Notes under the pieces: generated by a model | Seen by the model: the letters and a program-made list of their open reading frames with translations, nothing else | The model's database searches: none | What the model was told of the DNA's origin: nothing | Assembly: GCA_043732185.1 (NCBI GenBank) | Contig: JAYTHY010000137.1 | Span: forward strand, 1-18,906 | Direction: 5' to 3' | Source of the DNA: Fibrobacteria bacterium | Lineage (GTDB): Bacteria; Fibrobacterota; Fibrobacteria; UBA11236 | DNA length: 18,906 bases | In this document: positions 1 to 9,600 of the stretch, piece after piece | How the letters are laid out: every line of letters starts with the position of its first letter | Numbering within the stretch: the first letter of the stretch is position 1 | Translations under genes and position numbers: made by a program

Positions 1-78
1 CCTGTCACCAAGTGGCCACGACTCATCCAGAACGACTATCAAAAAGGGGAAATCCAATTCGAAATCAGGAGATCATGA
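1..78 (+). CDS. Possible 3' end of an unrelated plus-strand gene entering the window (PVTKWPRLIQNDYQKGEIQFEIRRS*)
   Basis: Frame 1 is open from base 1 to TGA at 76-78. The stop overlaps an ATG (ATGA, 75-78) with AGGAG at 67-71, an operon-like junction. Too short to assign a family. Confidence 0.3.
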   Translation, partial: PVTKWPRLIQNDYQKGEIQFEIRRS

Positions 79-681
79 GTTTCCGAAAGGCATTGGGCCT
101 AGAGCACTATTTGATAGAATCGGATCCGGTGACCATTTCGCGACTTCGCCGGAAATATTTTCAATCAGGTCCTGGTAGCGCTCAAAATAAATCTGCGCCT
201 CCAAGTCGCTGAGCGTGGCTTCACCCAGCAAATCGGCGGTAAAACCAATTCCCCCTGAATGCAATTTGCGCAACACGGGAATCGCTTCCTTGGCGTCACG
301 GCCCAGAATAAAATTCTCGGCCATGTTCACGACATTCCGTTTGATAACTTCCACAGCAACCATACCTGTAATACCGCCGGAGGCGGCCTTGAGCGCGACG
401 CTCAAAACCGGGGGCAAAGGCCGATTTTCCCGTATCAGATAATTGCGCATATGTTGCCAAATCTGCCGCCGCGACTTGAGAACGGGCAACACATCCACCA
501 ATCGGAACAAGTCCACACGAAAAGACGGATCCTTCATCGCCCATTCGAGAATTTTTCCTTGCCAAAAATCCTTATTAAAAACTCCCGGGGTTTCCCCTTG
601 CATTTCCTTCCAGATTTCCCTGCCGAGTTTTAAAATTGCCGGATCTAAAGTATTGTGCAAGGGGATTTCAGAATTTAGCAT
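73..681 (-). pseudogene. putA: Truncated PutA (proline dehydrogenase/P5C dehydrogenase), N-terminal ~200 aa only
   Basis: PutA N-terminal motifs: WAMKDPSFRVDLFRLVDVLP, MAENFILG, GFTADLLGEATLSDLEAQIY. ATG at 681 follows AAGGA just after the iscS stop. Similarity ends at GPMP (~88). The expected NxSxKxS strand of the PRODH barrel is absent from all three minus frames. Confidence 0.8.
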
Positions 682-689
682 GGTTCCTT

Positions 690-1871
690 TCACAAACCGC
701 GTACTGATGCCGCTACTTCCGCTACCTGTTTTGCCAATCCATCCATGTCCGCCAACCTATTCCCCAGCCCAAAGGAAAACCTGAGCGAAGTGGAGGCAGC
801 TGCTTTATCCTTACCCATGGCCAAAAGCACATGCGAGTTTTTGACAGAACCGGACGCGCAGGCAGCACCGGCCGAAACAGCTATGCCTCGCATATCAAGG
901 CCCATCACCAGCAAATCGGAGCGACATGCCGGGAGGGTAACATGCAGTGTATTTGCTAAGCGTTCGGCGCCCTCACAATTCACCACCAAGTCTGGTATGC
1001 GCGTCCGCAAGGCTGCGGCCAAGGCGTTCCTAATTTCAATCAGTCGGACCCGCTCCGCTTCGCCATCTCTGGCAATAATTTCAACCGCCTTGCCGAATCC
1101 GATAATTCCCAAGACATTTTCAGTGCCCCCGCGAAAACCCCGTTCCTGTGTGCCACCCAGCACCTGGGCCTGCATGGGTGCGCCTTTTCGAACGTACAAT
1201 GCGCCCACGCCTTTGGGTCCATTGATCTTATGGGCGGACAAGGAAAGAAAGTCGATTTGCCAGGATTGGGGATGAACTACCGATAATTTGCCCAGTGCTT
1301 GTACACCGTCACAATGAAAGGCAATGCCCCGCGGTTTGAGCAGCCGGCCAATTTCGGCAATGGGTTGGATGGATCCCACTTCGTTATTGGCCGCCATCAC
1401 TGAGACCAAGCCTGTGTCAGGACGCAATACTTTGGCAATGGCATCGGGATGGACTATCCCATTTCCATCAGGTGCCACCCAGGTTACCTCCCAGTCCTCG
1501 GCTTCCAGCTTTCGAAACGGTGCCAGCACAGCGGGATGTTCAAAGGCGGAAACCACCAAATGGCGGCCAACCAACTTCCCCGAGGCCGTGGCCCCCAAAA
1601 TGGCCAAGTTATCTGCCTCCGTTCCTCCGCTGGTGAATACGATTTCCAATGGGGTGACGGCTAAATAGCGCGCCAAAATTTCACGTGCATCCTCGACCAA
1701 ACTGCGGGCAGAACGGCCATAACCATGGGTACTGGAAGGATTGCCGAAAACTTGTGGGCTGTAAGCCTCCGGTCCGTTTACTCGCGCTGCCAGAATATAC
1801 GTTGACATGGCCTCGGCCACTTCGGGATGCAAGGGCGTGGTGGCATTGTGGTCAAAATAATACTCTGGCAC
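690..1871 (-). CDS. iscS: PLP-dependent cysteine desulfurase (IscS/NifS, group I)
   Basis: DHNATTP, GNPSSTH, FTSGGTEADN, EHPAV, SAHKINGPKGVG (PLP Lys), RGGTEN, SAGAACASGS (catalytic Cys). GTG start directly abuts the metXW stop. Confidence 0.93.
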   Translation of the reverse strand: MPEYYFDHNATTPLHPEVAEAMSTYILAARVNGPEAYSPQVFGNPSSTHGYGRSARSLVEDAREILARYLAVTPLEIVFTSGGTEADNLAILGATASGKLVGRHLVVSAFEHPAVLAPFRKLEAEDWEVTWVAPDGNGIVHPDAIAKVLRPDTGLVSVMAANNEVGSIQPIAEIGRLLKPRGIAFHCDGVQALGKLSVVHPQSWQIDFLSLSAHKINGPKGVGALYVRKGAPMQAQVLGGTQERGFRGGTENVLGIIGFGKAVEIIARDGEAERVRLIEIRNALAAALRTRIPDLVVNCEGAERLANTLHVTLPACRSDLLVMGLDMRGIAVSAGAACASGSVKNSHVLLAMGKDKAAASTSLRFSFGLGNRLADMDGLAKQVAEVAASVRGL

Positions 1872-3713
1872 TTACCTATCCTTGGAAATCCTTGCCACTA
1901 CAAATTCCGCTCCCAGGTTTGGCCGTCCCAAACTCAGGAACACCTTTGATATAACAGAACCACCCAAATAACGAATCGCCTCGATGCGAATGCCTTCGCG
2001 CGCGCACAGGGATCGAAAATCCTCGAGGCTGAAAAGATGGATATTCGGAGTGTCGTGCCAATTGTAAGGTAACGCATCGGATACTGGCATCATGCCCGTG
2101 GTCAATAAGGACATGCGATTGCCCATATAGGCAAAATTGGGAAAGGCAACAATCCCTTTGTGGGCAGCGCGGAGCATCTCGCGGAGCACCAGCTGGGGCT
2201 TCTTTACCTCTTGCAGAGTTCGGTTGAGTACGGCGTAATCAAAGGCTAGGTCACCAACCAGGGAAAGGCCCATGTCCACATCCATCTGCAGTACCGGTAC
2301 GTTTTTGCGCAAGCAGTCCACCACATGATTGAGGTCGAAGTCGATCCCAATCCCCGTTACCGCATGGCTTTTATATAAAGTGTCGATCAACGCGCCGTCA
2401 CCACAACCCACATCCAGAATATGGCTGCCTCTCTCAATCAAAGAAGCCAATACTTCCAAATCTTGGACTGCGGAAAAACCATTTCCAGCCTGCGAGCTGG
2501 GGGCAGAAATCCCTTTGACCTTTCCACCGGCCGGCCGCACCGGATCAAAGGCGGGCTTTTCCAGAAATCCATGGATGACTTTGGATAGATTCTCAACTTC
2601 CAAAAGGAAAGCATCATGGCCATGAGGGGAGTCCAATTCCACCACCGAAACAATTTTTTTCTGATCGAGTAGGACCCGTCCCATCTCGCGGGTTTGTTCG
2701 GGATAGAAATGCCAATCCGAGGATAGGGCCACTAAGAGAAACTCAGCTCTGGATCCGGAAAAGGCTTTTTCCAAACTTCCATAGCGGGTCACCAAATCAA
2801 AATGATCCATGGCCCAGGTAATGTGCAAGTAGGAGTTGGCGTCGAAGCGTCGGATAAATTGATCGCCTTGATGGTTGAGATAGCTTTCCACCTCAAACCC
2901 GGTTTCGAAATGCTTTTCGTCCCGCTCCTCTTTGCGATTGCGGCCGAATTTCTCATGCATGGAAATGGCTGATAGGTAAGTGAGGTGCCCGATCATACGG
3001 GCGAAGGCTAAACCTTGTCCCGGTATGTGACCATCCTGATAATAATCTCCGTCCCTGAAATTGGGATCGTTCACAATAACTTTGCGTCCGATGATTTCAA
3101 AACCCAGCGCCTGTGCGGACACATATGCCGCTGCCGCGATACAGATACATTTCCGAACGGTGCCAGGATAAGTAATGCTCCATTGCAAGGCCTGCATGCC
3201 TCCCATGCTCCCACCCACCACGGCTTCAAGCACGTCGATGCCCAGTTGTTTCACCAGCAGGTGTTGCACCCCTACCATATCTTCAACGGTAATTTTTGGA
3301 AATGCGGAGCCATAAGGTTGGCCGGTATCCGGATTCTGTGAGCTGGGACCGGTGGTCCCTTTGCATCCGCCTAGCATATTGGATGAAATGACAAAATAGC
3401 GATGGGTATCTATGGCCTTGCCTGGCCCAATCATATCGTCCCACCAACCGGGTTTGCGATCCTCCGGAGAACTCCAACCCGCGGCATGCGCATCGGTAGT
3501 GAGCGGGGAACAAATTAAGATGCCGTTAGAATGCGCGGCATTCAAAGTTCCATAGACCTCATAGGCCACATCAAGGCGTTTGAGAAATTTTCCCGAGACC
3601 AAACGAAAACCCTCAGAGGGAAGTTCAAGATGTAAGATACGGGTTTCCGCCTGCATCTTTTCCGGCGCCTGCATTTTTTCTGGCTCATGTTGGATGGATG
3701 GATTGGAAGGCAT
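1872..3713 (-). CDS. metX: Homoserine O-acyltransferase MetX fused to a C-terminal MetW-like SAM-dependent methyltransferase domain
   Basis: MetX: GWWDDMIGPGKAIDT, SNMLGGCKGTTGP, GGSMGGMQAL (Ser), RFDANSY, SSDWHF (Asp), HGHDAFL (His). MetW: ILDVGCGDG, AFPNF, LPYNWHDTPNIH. Start could be one of the downstream Met codons (MQAPEK or MQAETR). Confidence 0.92.
   Translation of the reverse strand: MPSNPSIQHEPEKMQAPEKMQAETRILHLELPSEGFRLVSGKFLKRLDVAYEVYGTLNAAHSNGILICSPLTTDAHAAGWSSPEDRKPGWWDDMIGPGKAIDTHRYFVISSNMLGGCKGTTGPSSQNPDTGQPYGSAFPKITVEDMVGVQHLLVKQLGIDVLEAVVGGSMGGMQALQWSITYPGTVRKCICIAAAAYVSAQALGFEIIGRKVIVNDPNFRDGDYYQDGHIPGQGLAFARMIGHLTYLSAISMHEKFGRNRKEERDEKHFETGFEVESYLNHQGDQFIRRFDANSYLHITWAMDHFDLVTRYGSLEKAFSGSRAEFLLVALSSDWHFYPEQTREMGRVLLDQKKIVSVVELDSPHGHDAFLLEVENLSKVIHGFLEKPAFDPVRPAGGKVKGISAPSSQAGNGFSAVQDLEVLASLIERGSHILDVGCGDGALIDTLYKSHAVTGIGIDFDLNHVVDCLRKNVPVLQMDVDMGLSLVGDLAFDYAVLNRTLQEVKKPQLVLREMLRAAHKGIVAFPNFAYMGNRMSLLTTGMMPVSDALPYNWHDTPNIHLFSLEDFRSLCAREGIRIEAIRYLGGSVISKVFLSLGRPNLGAEFVVARISKDR
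3648..3683. repeat. 18-bp tandem duplication encoding PEKMQA x2 in the MetX N-terminus
   Basis: cgcctgcatcttttccgg / cgcctgcattttttctgg (2 mismatches). Confidence 0.8.
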
Positions 3714-3748
3714 GGTTTGAATTTAGATATATTATCCCCTCTATCCAT

Positions 3749-4642
3749 ATGCCAGAACTACCGGAAGTTGAAACCATTGTCAGAATGTTGATGCCCCGTG
3801 TGGGCGGAAAACGTATTGTTACTGCCGAGTTGCGGCTGGGACGACTTTTATTGGGCATGAATCCGCAGAACTTTTCCGCCAAACTGGCCGGACAAAAAAT
3901 CCTGCATGTGCGTCGCCGAGGCAAGTACATCCTGGTTGAACTTGAAAACGTCACTCTCATTGTGCATTTGGGTATGACGGGGCAATTGACCTTCTCACCA
4001 ATCGCTCCTGAGGAAGACGGTACTTTTATCCGTACCGTCACTGGACTTCAAAAAGCCCGTGGCGTGCATCCAGTCGACAAGCACACGCATTTCATCCTCC
4101 ATCTGGAAGGCGGCGAAAGAATTCTGTTTCGTGATCCGCGTACTTTCGGTAAACTCTTTTTGGTGGATGGGCAGGAATGGCCCAAGCATCCGCGCATCCG
4201 CATCCTGGGTGAAGAACCGCTCACGCTACGCATTCCATCTTTCCTGTCCAAACATTATCCGATAGAAAGTGCGCGAAGCATCAAAAGCCTGCTGCTCGAT
4301 CAAACCTTCCTGGCCGGCGTAGGCAATATTTATGCCGATGAAGCCCTTTTCCGAAGTGAAATCCATCCTGCCCAATCCGTTCGTAAAATACCGGAACGCA
4401 TGCGCATCCAACTGCTTAAGGCCGTTCAGCAGGTTTTAACTTTGGGCATCAAGAACAGCGGCACAACATTTTCCGACTATCGTAAACCGGATGGTACAAA
4501 GGGCTCCAATGCCTCGAGACTGAAGGTCTATGGACGGGGCGGCCAGCCTTGTTTAAAGTGTGGAGCAACTTTGGTCAAGACGGTTGTGGCACAGCGCGGC
4601 ACGGTATTCTGTCCCAACTGTCAGGGCAGGAAACCGAAGTAA
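3749..4642 (+). CDS. mutM: Formamidopyrimidine-DNA glycosylase (Fpg/MutM)
   Basis: N-terminal MPELPEVE fixes the start at 3749, not 3698. RRGKY, HLGMTG, FRDPRTFG, LLDQTFLAGVGNIYADEALF (H2TH), C-terminal CLKC...FCPNCQ zinc finger. Confidence 0.97.
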   Translation: MPELPEVETIVRMLMPRVGGKRIVTAELRLGRLLLGMNPQNFSAKLAGQKILHVRRRGKYILVELENVTLIVHLGMTGQLTFSPIAPEEDGTFIRTVTGLQKARGVHPVDKHTHFILHLEGGERILFRDPRTFGKLFLVDGQEWPKHPRIRILGEEPLTLRIPSFLSKHYPIESARSIKSLLLDQTFLAGVGNIYADEALFRSEIHPAQSVRKIPERMRIQLLKAVQQVLTLGIKNSGTTFSDYRKPDGTKGSNASRLKVYGRGGQPCLKCGATLVKTVVAQRGTVFCPNCQGRKPK

Positions 4643-4721
4643 ATTTTTTAGAGATTAAACGCCATAAGTCAAGGGGAAAAAGCCCCGGAAATCCTTTATT
4701 TTTACACTAAAGGAAGGGTTG

Positions 4722-4753
4722 AATACCTATTTGGGTGGGCTAAATACCTATTT
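4722..4753. promoter_or_regulatory. 11-bp direct repeat AATACCTATTT x2, 21-bp period, candidate operator
   Basis: Exact copies at 4722-4732 and 4743-4753 in the intergenic region upstream of the 4775 ORF. Function is inferred. Confidence 0.35.
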
Positions 4754-4774
4754 TCCAAAAAACAGATTCTTCCT

Positions 4775-5164
4775 GTGGACAAACCTCGGAGCGGAAAGCA
4801 TACTTTCATTATGGAACGCGACGCCAACGTGGAAAAATCTCTGCTTGCTGAAATGGGAAAAGCCAAGAGCGTGCTTCTGGATCGCGTTACGGAACACAAT
4901 CAGATTATTCTGCATAACTTCAAGGAAACGGTCGAGCGTTTCACGCCCTGCAGGCTGCTTGGCTGCTGTCAGGATTTTGCTCTTACGCTGATTCCCGGTC
5001 AAGTGCTCTACCCAAAATATTGCGAAGACCACCGTAGCGATTTTCGACGTCAGAATTTTATGCGCCAATTCACCTTGCGACCCGACATTTTTCAGCTTGG
5101 CCAAATCACAGTGCTGGTACCGGCCACGGATGCTCTTCCATTCAAGTCATCGGAAACAGAATAA
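4775..5164 (+). CDS. Hypothetical protein with possible metal-binding motif (CxxxGC ... YPKYCxxHR)
   Basis: 129-aa ORF co-oriented with neighbours and filling the gap; clustered Cys/His. Start uncertain (GTG 4775 or ATG 4811; the frame is open back to 4652). Confidence 0.65.
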   Translation: MDKPRSGKHTFIMERDANVEKSLLAEMGKAKSVLLDRVTEHNQIILHNFKETVERFTPCRLLGCCQDFALTLIPGQVLYPKYCEDHRSDFRRQNFMRQFTLRPDIFQLGQITVLVPATDALPFKSSETE

Positions 5165-5202
5165 CCTTTTTTAGAATAGCCCCTTTTAGAATAACCCTTT
5201 TT
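5158..5202. repeat. Three tandem 15-bp repeats
   Basis: agaataacctttttt / agaatagcccctttt / agaataacccttttt at 5158, 5173 and 5188. Confidence 0.85.
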
Positions 5203-5835
5203 GTGAAAACGATGCTGCTGGGCCTTGGATACCTTTGGCTATGGACTTTGCGGATACGCTGGCTTAGTCAGGAAACTGTACCCAACCAAGCCATACTTGT
5301 ACTTTGGCACGAGCATTTGTCGATTGGCATTCGTGTTTTCGCCCATCGGAATATCAATGTTCTCATTTCCAAAAGTCGCGATGGCAACTGGGCAGCGAAG
5401 GCATGCACCTATTTTGGTTACCGCGTGCACCGTGGCTCCACTTCACTAGGTGGAGCCACAGGCATGCGCGCCCTCGCGCGAAATCTGATAGCCGGGAAGC
5501 CGTTTGTTAGTCGAGCGACACCTACCAACTCGCAACTAGCCGGTATGGCCCTGGACGGCCCCCGAGGGCCCAGGCATGCCATCCAACCCGGCACTCAATG
5601 GCTGTCCCAATTTTCAGGCATACCGGTGGTTCCCGTTTACATCCGTGCACCTTTTGCATTTCGGTTGAATAGTTGGGACCGTTCACTCATTCCCCTGCCA
5701 TTTTCAGTCGTGGAAGTCCGGCTGGGACAGTCCTTCCATCCAACCGATACAGCCCAGATCAAAGCTGCGATGCTTGCTGTAGAGCATCCAATCTCCACTG
5801 CGGATATTTATATTCAAGTGCCTCAACCGGTCTAA
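5203..5835 (+). CDS. DUF374 / lysophospholipid acyltransferase-fold protein
   Basis: WHEHL, LISKSRDG, RGSTSLGG, DGPRGP, SWDRSLIPLPFS are typical DUF374 motifs. Confidence 0.85.
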   Translation: MKTMLLGLGYLWLWTLRIRWLSQETVPNQAILVLWHEHLSIGIRVFAHRNINVLISKSRDGNWAAKACTYFGYRVHRGSTSLGGATGMRALARNLIAGKPFVSRATPTNSQLAGMALDGPRGPRHAIQPGTQWLSQFSGIPVVPVYIRAPFAFRLNSWDRSLIPLPFSVVEVRLGQSFHPTDTAQIKAAMLAVEHPISTADIYIQVPQPV

Positions 5836-5864
5836 TCCCTAGTCCGGAAATTTAGGAGTCCCAG

Positions 5865-6509
5865 TTGCTTCCTTTTGTCACTATGGTTGCGTTTGATGTT
5901 GAAACTACCGGTCTAGATCCAGAGCGGGAAGAAATAATAGAATTGGCCGGAGTCAAGTTCACCTTTGCAAAAGATCAAGGCAAATTGATCACCAAAGAAA
6001 TTTCCCAATACAGCAGTTTGGTCAAGCCCGGAAAACTCATCCCCGATGAAGCTACTCGCATCAATAATATCACCAATCAAATGGTCGAAAATGCGCCAGA
6101 ACTGAAATCAGTGCTTACGGCATTTCACCGCTTCTGCGGACTCAGCTCAATTTTGGTGGCGCACAATGCCTCATTTGACGCCGCGTTTCTTGGAAAGGCA
6201 ATTCGGAAACAAGGGCTGGTGATGCCCCAGCACCCCATTATTGACAGCTTGAAATTTGTTCGTAAAATCATGCCGGAATATGCTTCCCACAAACTTGGAG
6301 AGTTGGCCCGTAAACTCAGCGACCAAACCGCTATCACCTTAAATAAAGGCGAGCTGCATCGGGCGACATATGATTGCCAGGTTCTTAAGGAAGTGTTTTG
6401 CGCCTGCCTACGCAAACGCTATCAAGACAAAGATTTGGCCATGGACCAGGCGCTTAAATCATTTGAAAGCGTGCACGGCCCCTCACTCAGTTTTGTGCAG
6501 TTTGCTTAA
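5865..6509 (+). CDS. DEDDh 3'-5' exonuclease (DnaQ/PolC exonuclease-like)
   Basis: AFDVETTG (Exo I), AHNASFD (Exo II), HRATYD (Exo III). AGGAG at 5854-5858 precedes the TTG start. Confidence 0.9.
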   Translation: MLPFVTMVAFDVETTGLDPEREEIIELAGVKFTFAKDQGKLITKEISQYSSLVKPGKLIPDEATRINNITNQMVENAPELKSVLTAFHRFCGLSSILVAHNASFDAAFLGKAIRKQGLVMPQHPIIDSLKFVRKIMPEYASHKLGELARKLSDQTAITLNKGELHRATYDCQVLKEVFCACLRKRYQDKDLAMDQALKSFESVHGPSLSFVQFA

Positions 6510-6606
6510 TACGGATAGCATTCCGGGCCCCAAAAATCGTACAAAGCCCAAAATTTTTCCTCAGTACTTTGCGTTTTTAAGGAGGTATAAGGCACCGTCG
6601 GAAATC

Positions 6607-6634
6607 TTGACAGAAAAAAAGGTGAATTAATACT
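6607..6634 (+). promoter_or_regulatory. Candidate sigma70 promoter for the TPR gene
   Basis: Perfect TTGACA at 6607-6612, 16-bp spacer, weak -10 AATACT at 6629-6634, in an AT-rich intergenic region. Confidence 0.35.
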
Positions 6635-6669
6635 TAGCTTTTGTTAATCGCCCAAAAGAAAAGACCAAG

Positions 6670-9600
6670 ATGAACACTACTATCTTAGTATCAAAACTTC
6701 GTTTAAGTAAAAATACCATATCCTTTTTGGTAGCCGCCATTCTCGGCGCATATAGTTTTCCCAAAGCATCCGATCTCGAAGAAAAAATTCCCAGCGCAGA
6801 TGCCTCAACTGTTTTGGCAGAGGGAAGTACAGCCGATGAGGGTAAGGAAGACGGTAACGAAGAAGGCAATGTTTCTGCGGCCGAAGTCAAATCCTTGATC
6901 AAAGACGTGAACAAGGTATTGACACGAAATTATCCGGGCATTGACACCACGGCATTGATAAAAAGAATTCAGACTCGATTGCAATGGGGCGAAAAGGACG
7001 ACAGGCTTATCGAAGCGGAAGGCATCCTCCATTGGGACAGAGGTGAAACGCATTTGGCTTTGCCGTGTTTCCGGCGCCTAACCGATCCAAGTCCGCTTGC
7101 CATGGGCCTTATGGCCGAAGCCTTGCTCAAGAAAGGTGAGCGCTATGAAGCCGCCGCTTGGTTTCTGAAAGCAGCGCGTGCTTATCCACCCAAAGAAGCC
7201 GTCGCATTAACCATGTACAAGCACTACTTGGAAATCAAATCCGAGCAGGGCAAAGTTGTTATGGAATACGGCGCCCGACTGGAATTGCAGCAACGGTTTA
7301 CGGAAGCTTTGGATATCTACTCCCGCCATCAAGCCGAGATTGCTATCGATACAGCCGCTACGTTTCGCGTCGGAAAATTGTTTTCCAAGCAAGGTATGGA
7401 CAAAGACGCCAATGTACTTTATGGCCTAGCCTTACAGACACATGGCGAAAATAAGGACCTTTGGGTACTGCGGGCGCAAACGCAGGAACGACTGAATCAA
7501 AAGGTAGAGTCCGCCATTTCCTGGATGGGAGCCTGGTCATTAAATCCATCTGACACCTCTGCTCGCAATCGCGCCATCGCTCATTTAGAATCCGTAAGTC
7601 CAGCGGCCGACACATTGCTCAAGGAAGTTTTGCAAAAAGGCCTGGCCAAGGATCCATTCTCCGCTCCCCTGCATTTCAAAATGGCCACCCTATTATTAAA
7701 AGCAAACGAAAGAGCTACCGCCTATTTTCATTTAGACCAAGCGCTTAAAGCGGCTCCACAGAATCCAAACTACCTGGCCAGATTATCCGAAGCTATTGAA
7801 GGCGACAGTCTGATTAAAGTGCATCTCAAAACTTTGAAGCAACAAAGTGAAAAAAATGGGGCCTCTACCAGGCTCACACTTCAGGTTGCCCGAGGCAGCA
7901 GTTTATCCGGCGATAAGACGCAAGCCTGTCAGGCCTGGTTAAAAGCAAATACTCTTTCTCCAAATTCCCTGGATGGACGGCGTGATGCCTTTTTGGACCT
8001 GGCTGCTTGCGATGAGCCCGCTGCTGCCACTCTGGCGGAAAAGCTTATTGAAAAAGTGGTGCCAGCAGAAACCGATCGCCAGATACAACGCGCCATCGTC
8101 CAGATCTGCCTGAGAAATAAGTCCTGGGCCCGCGCATCAACAGCCTCTATAAAACTCGTCACCGCGTTCCCGGAAGATGCCGGTATTGCGCTTGCCGTTG
8201 CTAAAAACCTATTGGCAGCCAAGGACGAAGTCAAAAGCAAAGAAATCTTAAGCGCCATCGTCCAGCACATGCCCACTCCTGAAGCATCTTGGCTGCTTGG
8301 AAAAATCTACTTCGACAAAAAAGAATGTCAGCCCGCTGTGGAACAACTGGCTTTGGCCAGGGCCAATTACCCGGAAGCAGGCAAAATGCGCGCTGAGTGC
8401 CTAGTTCAATTAAAGGACCTTGCCGGTGCTGCGGCGGAATATGAAAACCATTTCACTCAAACTTCGGACAAAGAATCTTTGCGCGCCCAAGCGCACTTGT
8501 ACAGCCAACTCGGCAACGCACCACAAACAAAACAAGCGCTGGAAGCCTTGAATGCCAAAGGCTGGGCCATGGAAGAGGAAAAACTTCGCCTTGGTTTAAT
8601 GCAATCCGCGTCAGGTGACACGGCCAAAGCTGTGGCGCTCTTCTCCGACTTGTTCCGTTCGCATACGACTTTTCCTTCGGATAGTTTGTGGTCAAAGGCG
8701 GCTTTGATTCTCGGAAATCATTTACTGCTGGAAGGAAAATGCGACAAGGGTACCAAACTCGTAACCACCGCACTTAAAGCCACTCCCAACTTAGCCGCGC
8801 AAGTCCTCTACGGCCGTCGCGATACTTTTCTTGGCTTAGCGGCATGCAATGAACCCGCCGCGCAAAGTTTAGCGGAAATCCTGGGTGATAAAATCGCACC
8901 CAATACGCCCGATCGACAGGCACTCCGCGCCATTGTACAAATAGGTTCGCATAATAAGTCTTGGGGTCATGTTGCCGACGCTTCCAGCAAACTGGTCAGC
9001 GCGTTCCCGGAAGATGCCAACATTGCTTTGGCAAGTGCCAAGGCTCTTTTAACAGTCAAGGAAGAGCCCAAGGCAAAAGAAGTGCTCACCGCCATCGTCC
9101 TACACACCCAGTCTCCAGAAGCCTCTTTCCTGCTCGGTAAAATCCACTACGCCAATAAAGACTGCCGACAAGCGGCCGAGCAATTTGCCTTGGCCAGAAC
9201 CGCCTATCCGGAAGTGGGAAAAATGCGTGCGGCGTGTTTGGTTGAACTTAAGGATTTTTCCGCCGCTGCCGCAGAATATGAAAACCATTTTGCGCATACC
9301 GGTGACAAGGAATCCTTGCGTGCCCAAGCCCAGATTTACAACAAAATGAATTCCGCTCCGCAAATCGTGCAATCCCTGGAAACGCTGAACGCCAAAGGCT
9401 GGGCATCGGAAGATGAAAAACTGCAACTCGGCCTACTCCAGGCGTCTTCCGGCGACTCAGCCAAAGCCATGGTACTCTTTATCGACTTGTTCCGCACTCG
9501 CACCGCCATTCCGCCGGACAGCCTTTGGTCTACAGCGGCCCTTTTATTGGGAAACCATTTTCTCCTCGAAGGCAAGTGCGATAAAGCCATCCATCTTATT

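Noticed and set aside
1..75. TGA read-through or recoding in putA (frame stays open after the TGA)
   Set aside because: The read-through peptide SPDFELDFPFLIVVLDESW is not PutA-like, and TGA is a normal stop for iscS and waaA in this window.
745..1275. Long antisense ORFs (745-1275, 9336-9914, 14947-15687 and similar)
   Set aside because: They are shadows of well-supported genes on the opposite strand and have no recognisable motifs.
3698..3748. N-terminal extension of MutM
   Set aside because: Fpg needs Pro2 at the N-terminus, so the start is ATG 3749; the extension also overlaps metX.
5158..5202. CRISPR array or iterons
   Set aside because: Repeats are directly adjacent with no spacers, and there are no cas or rep genes.
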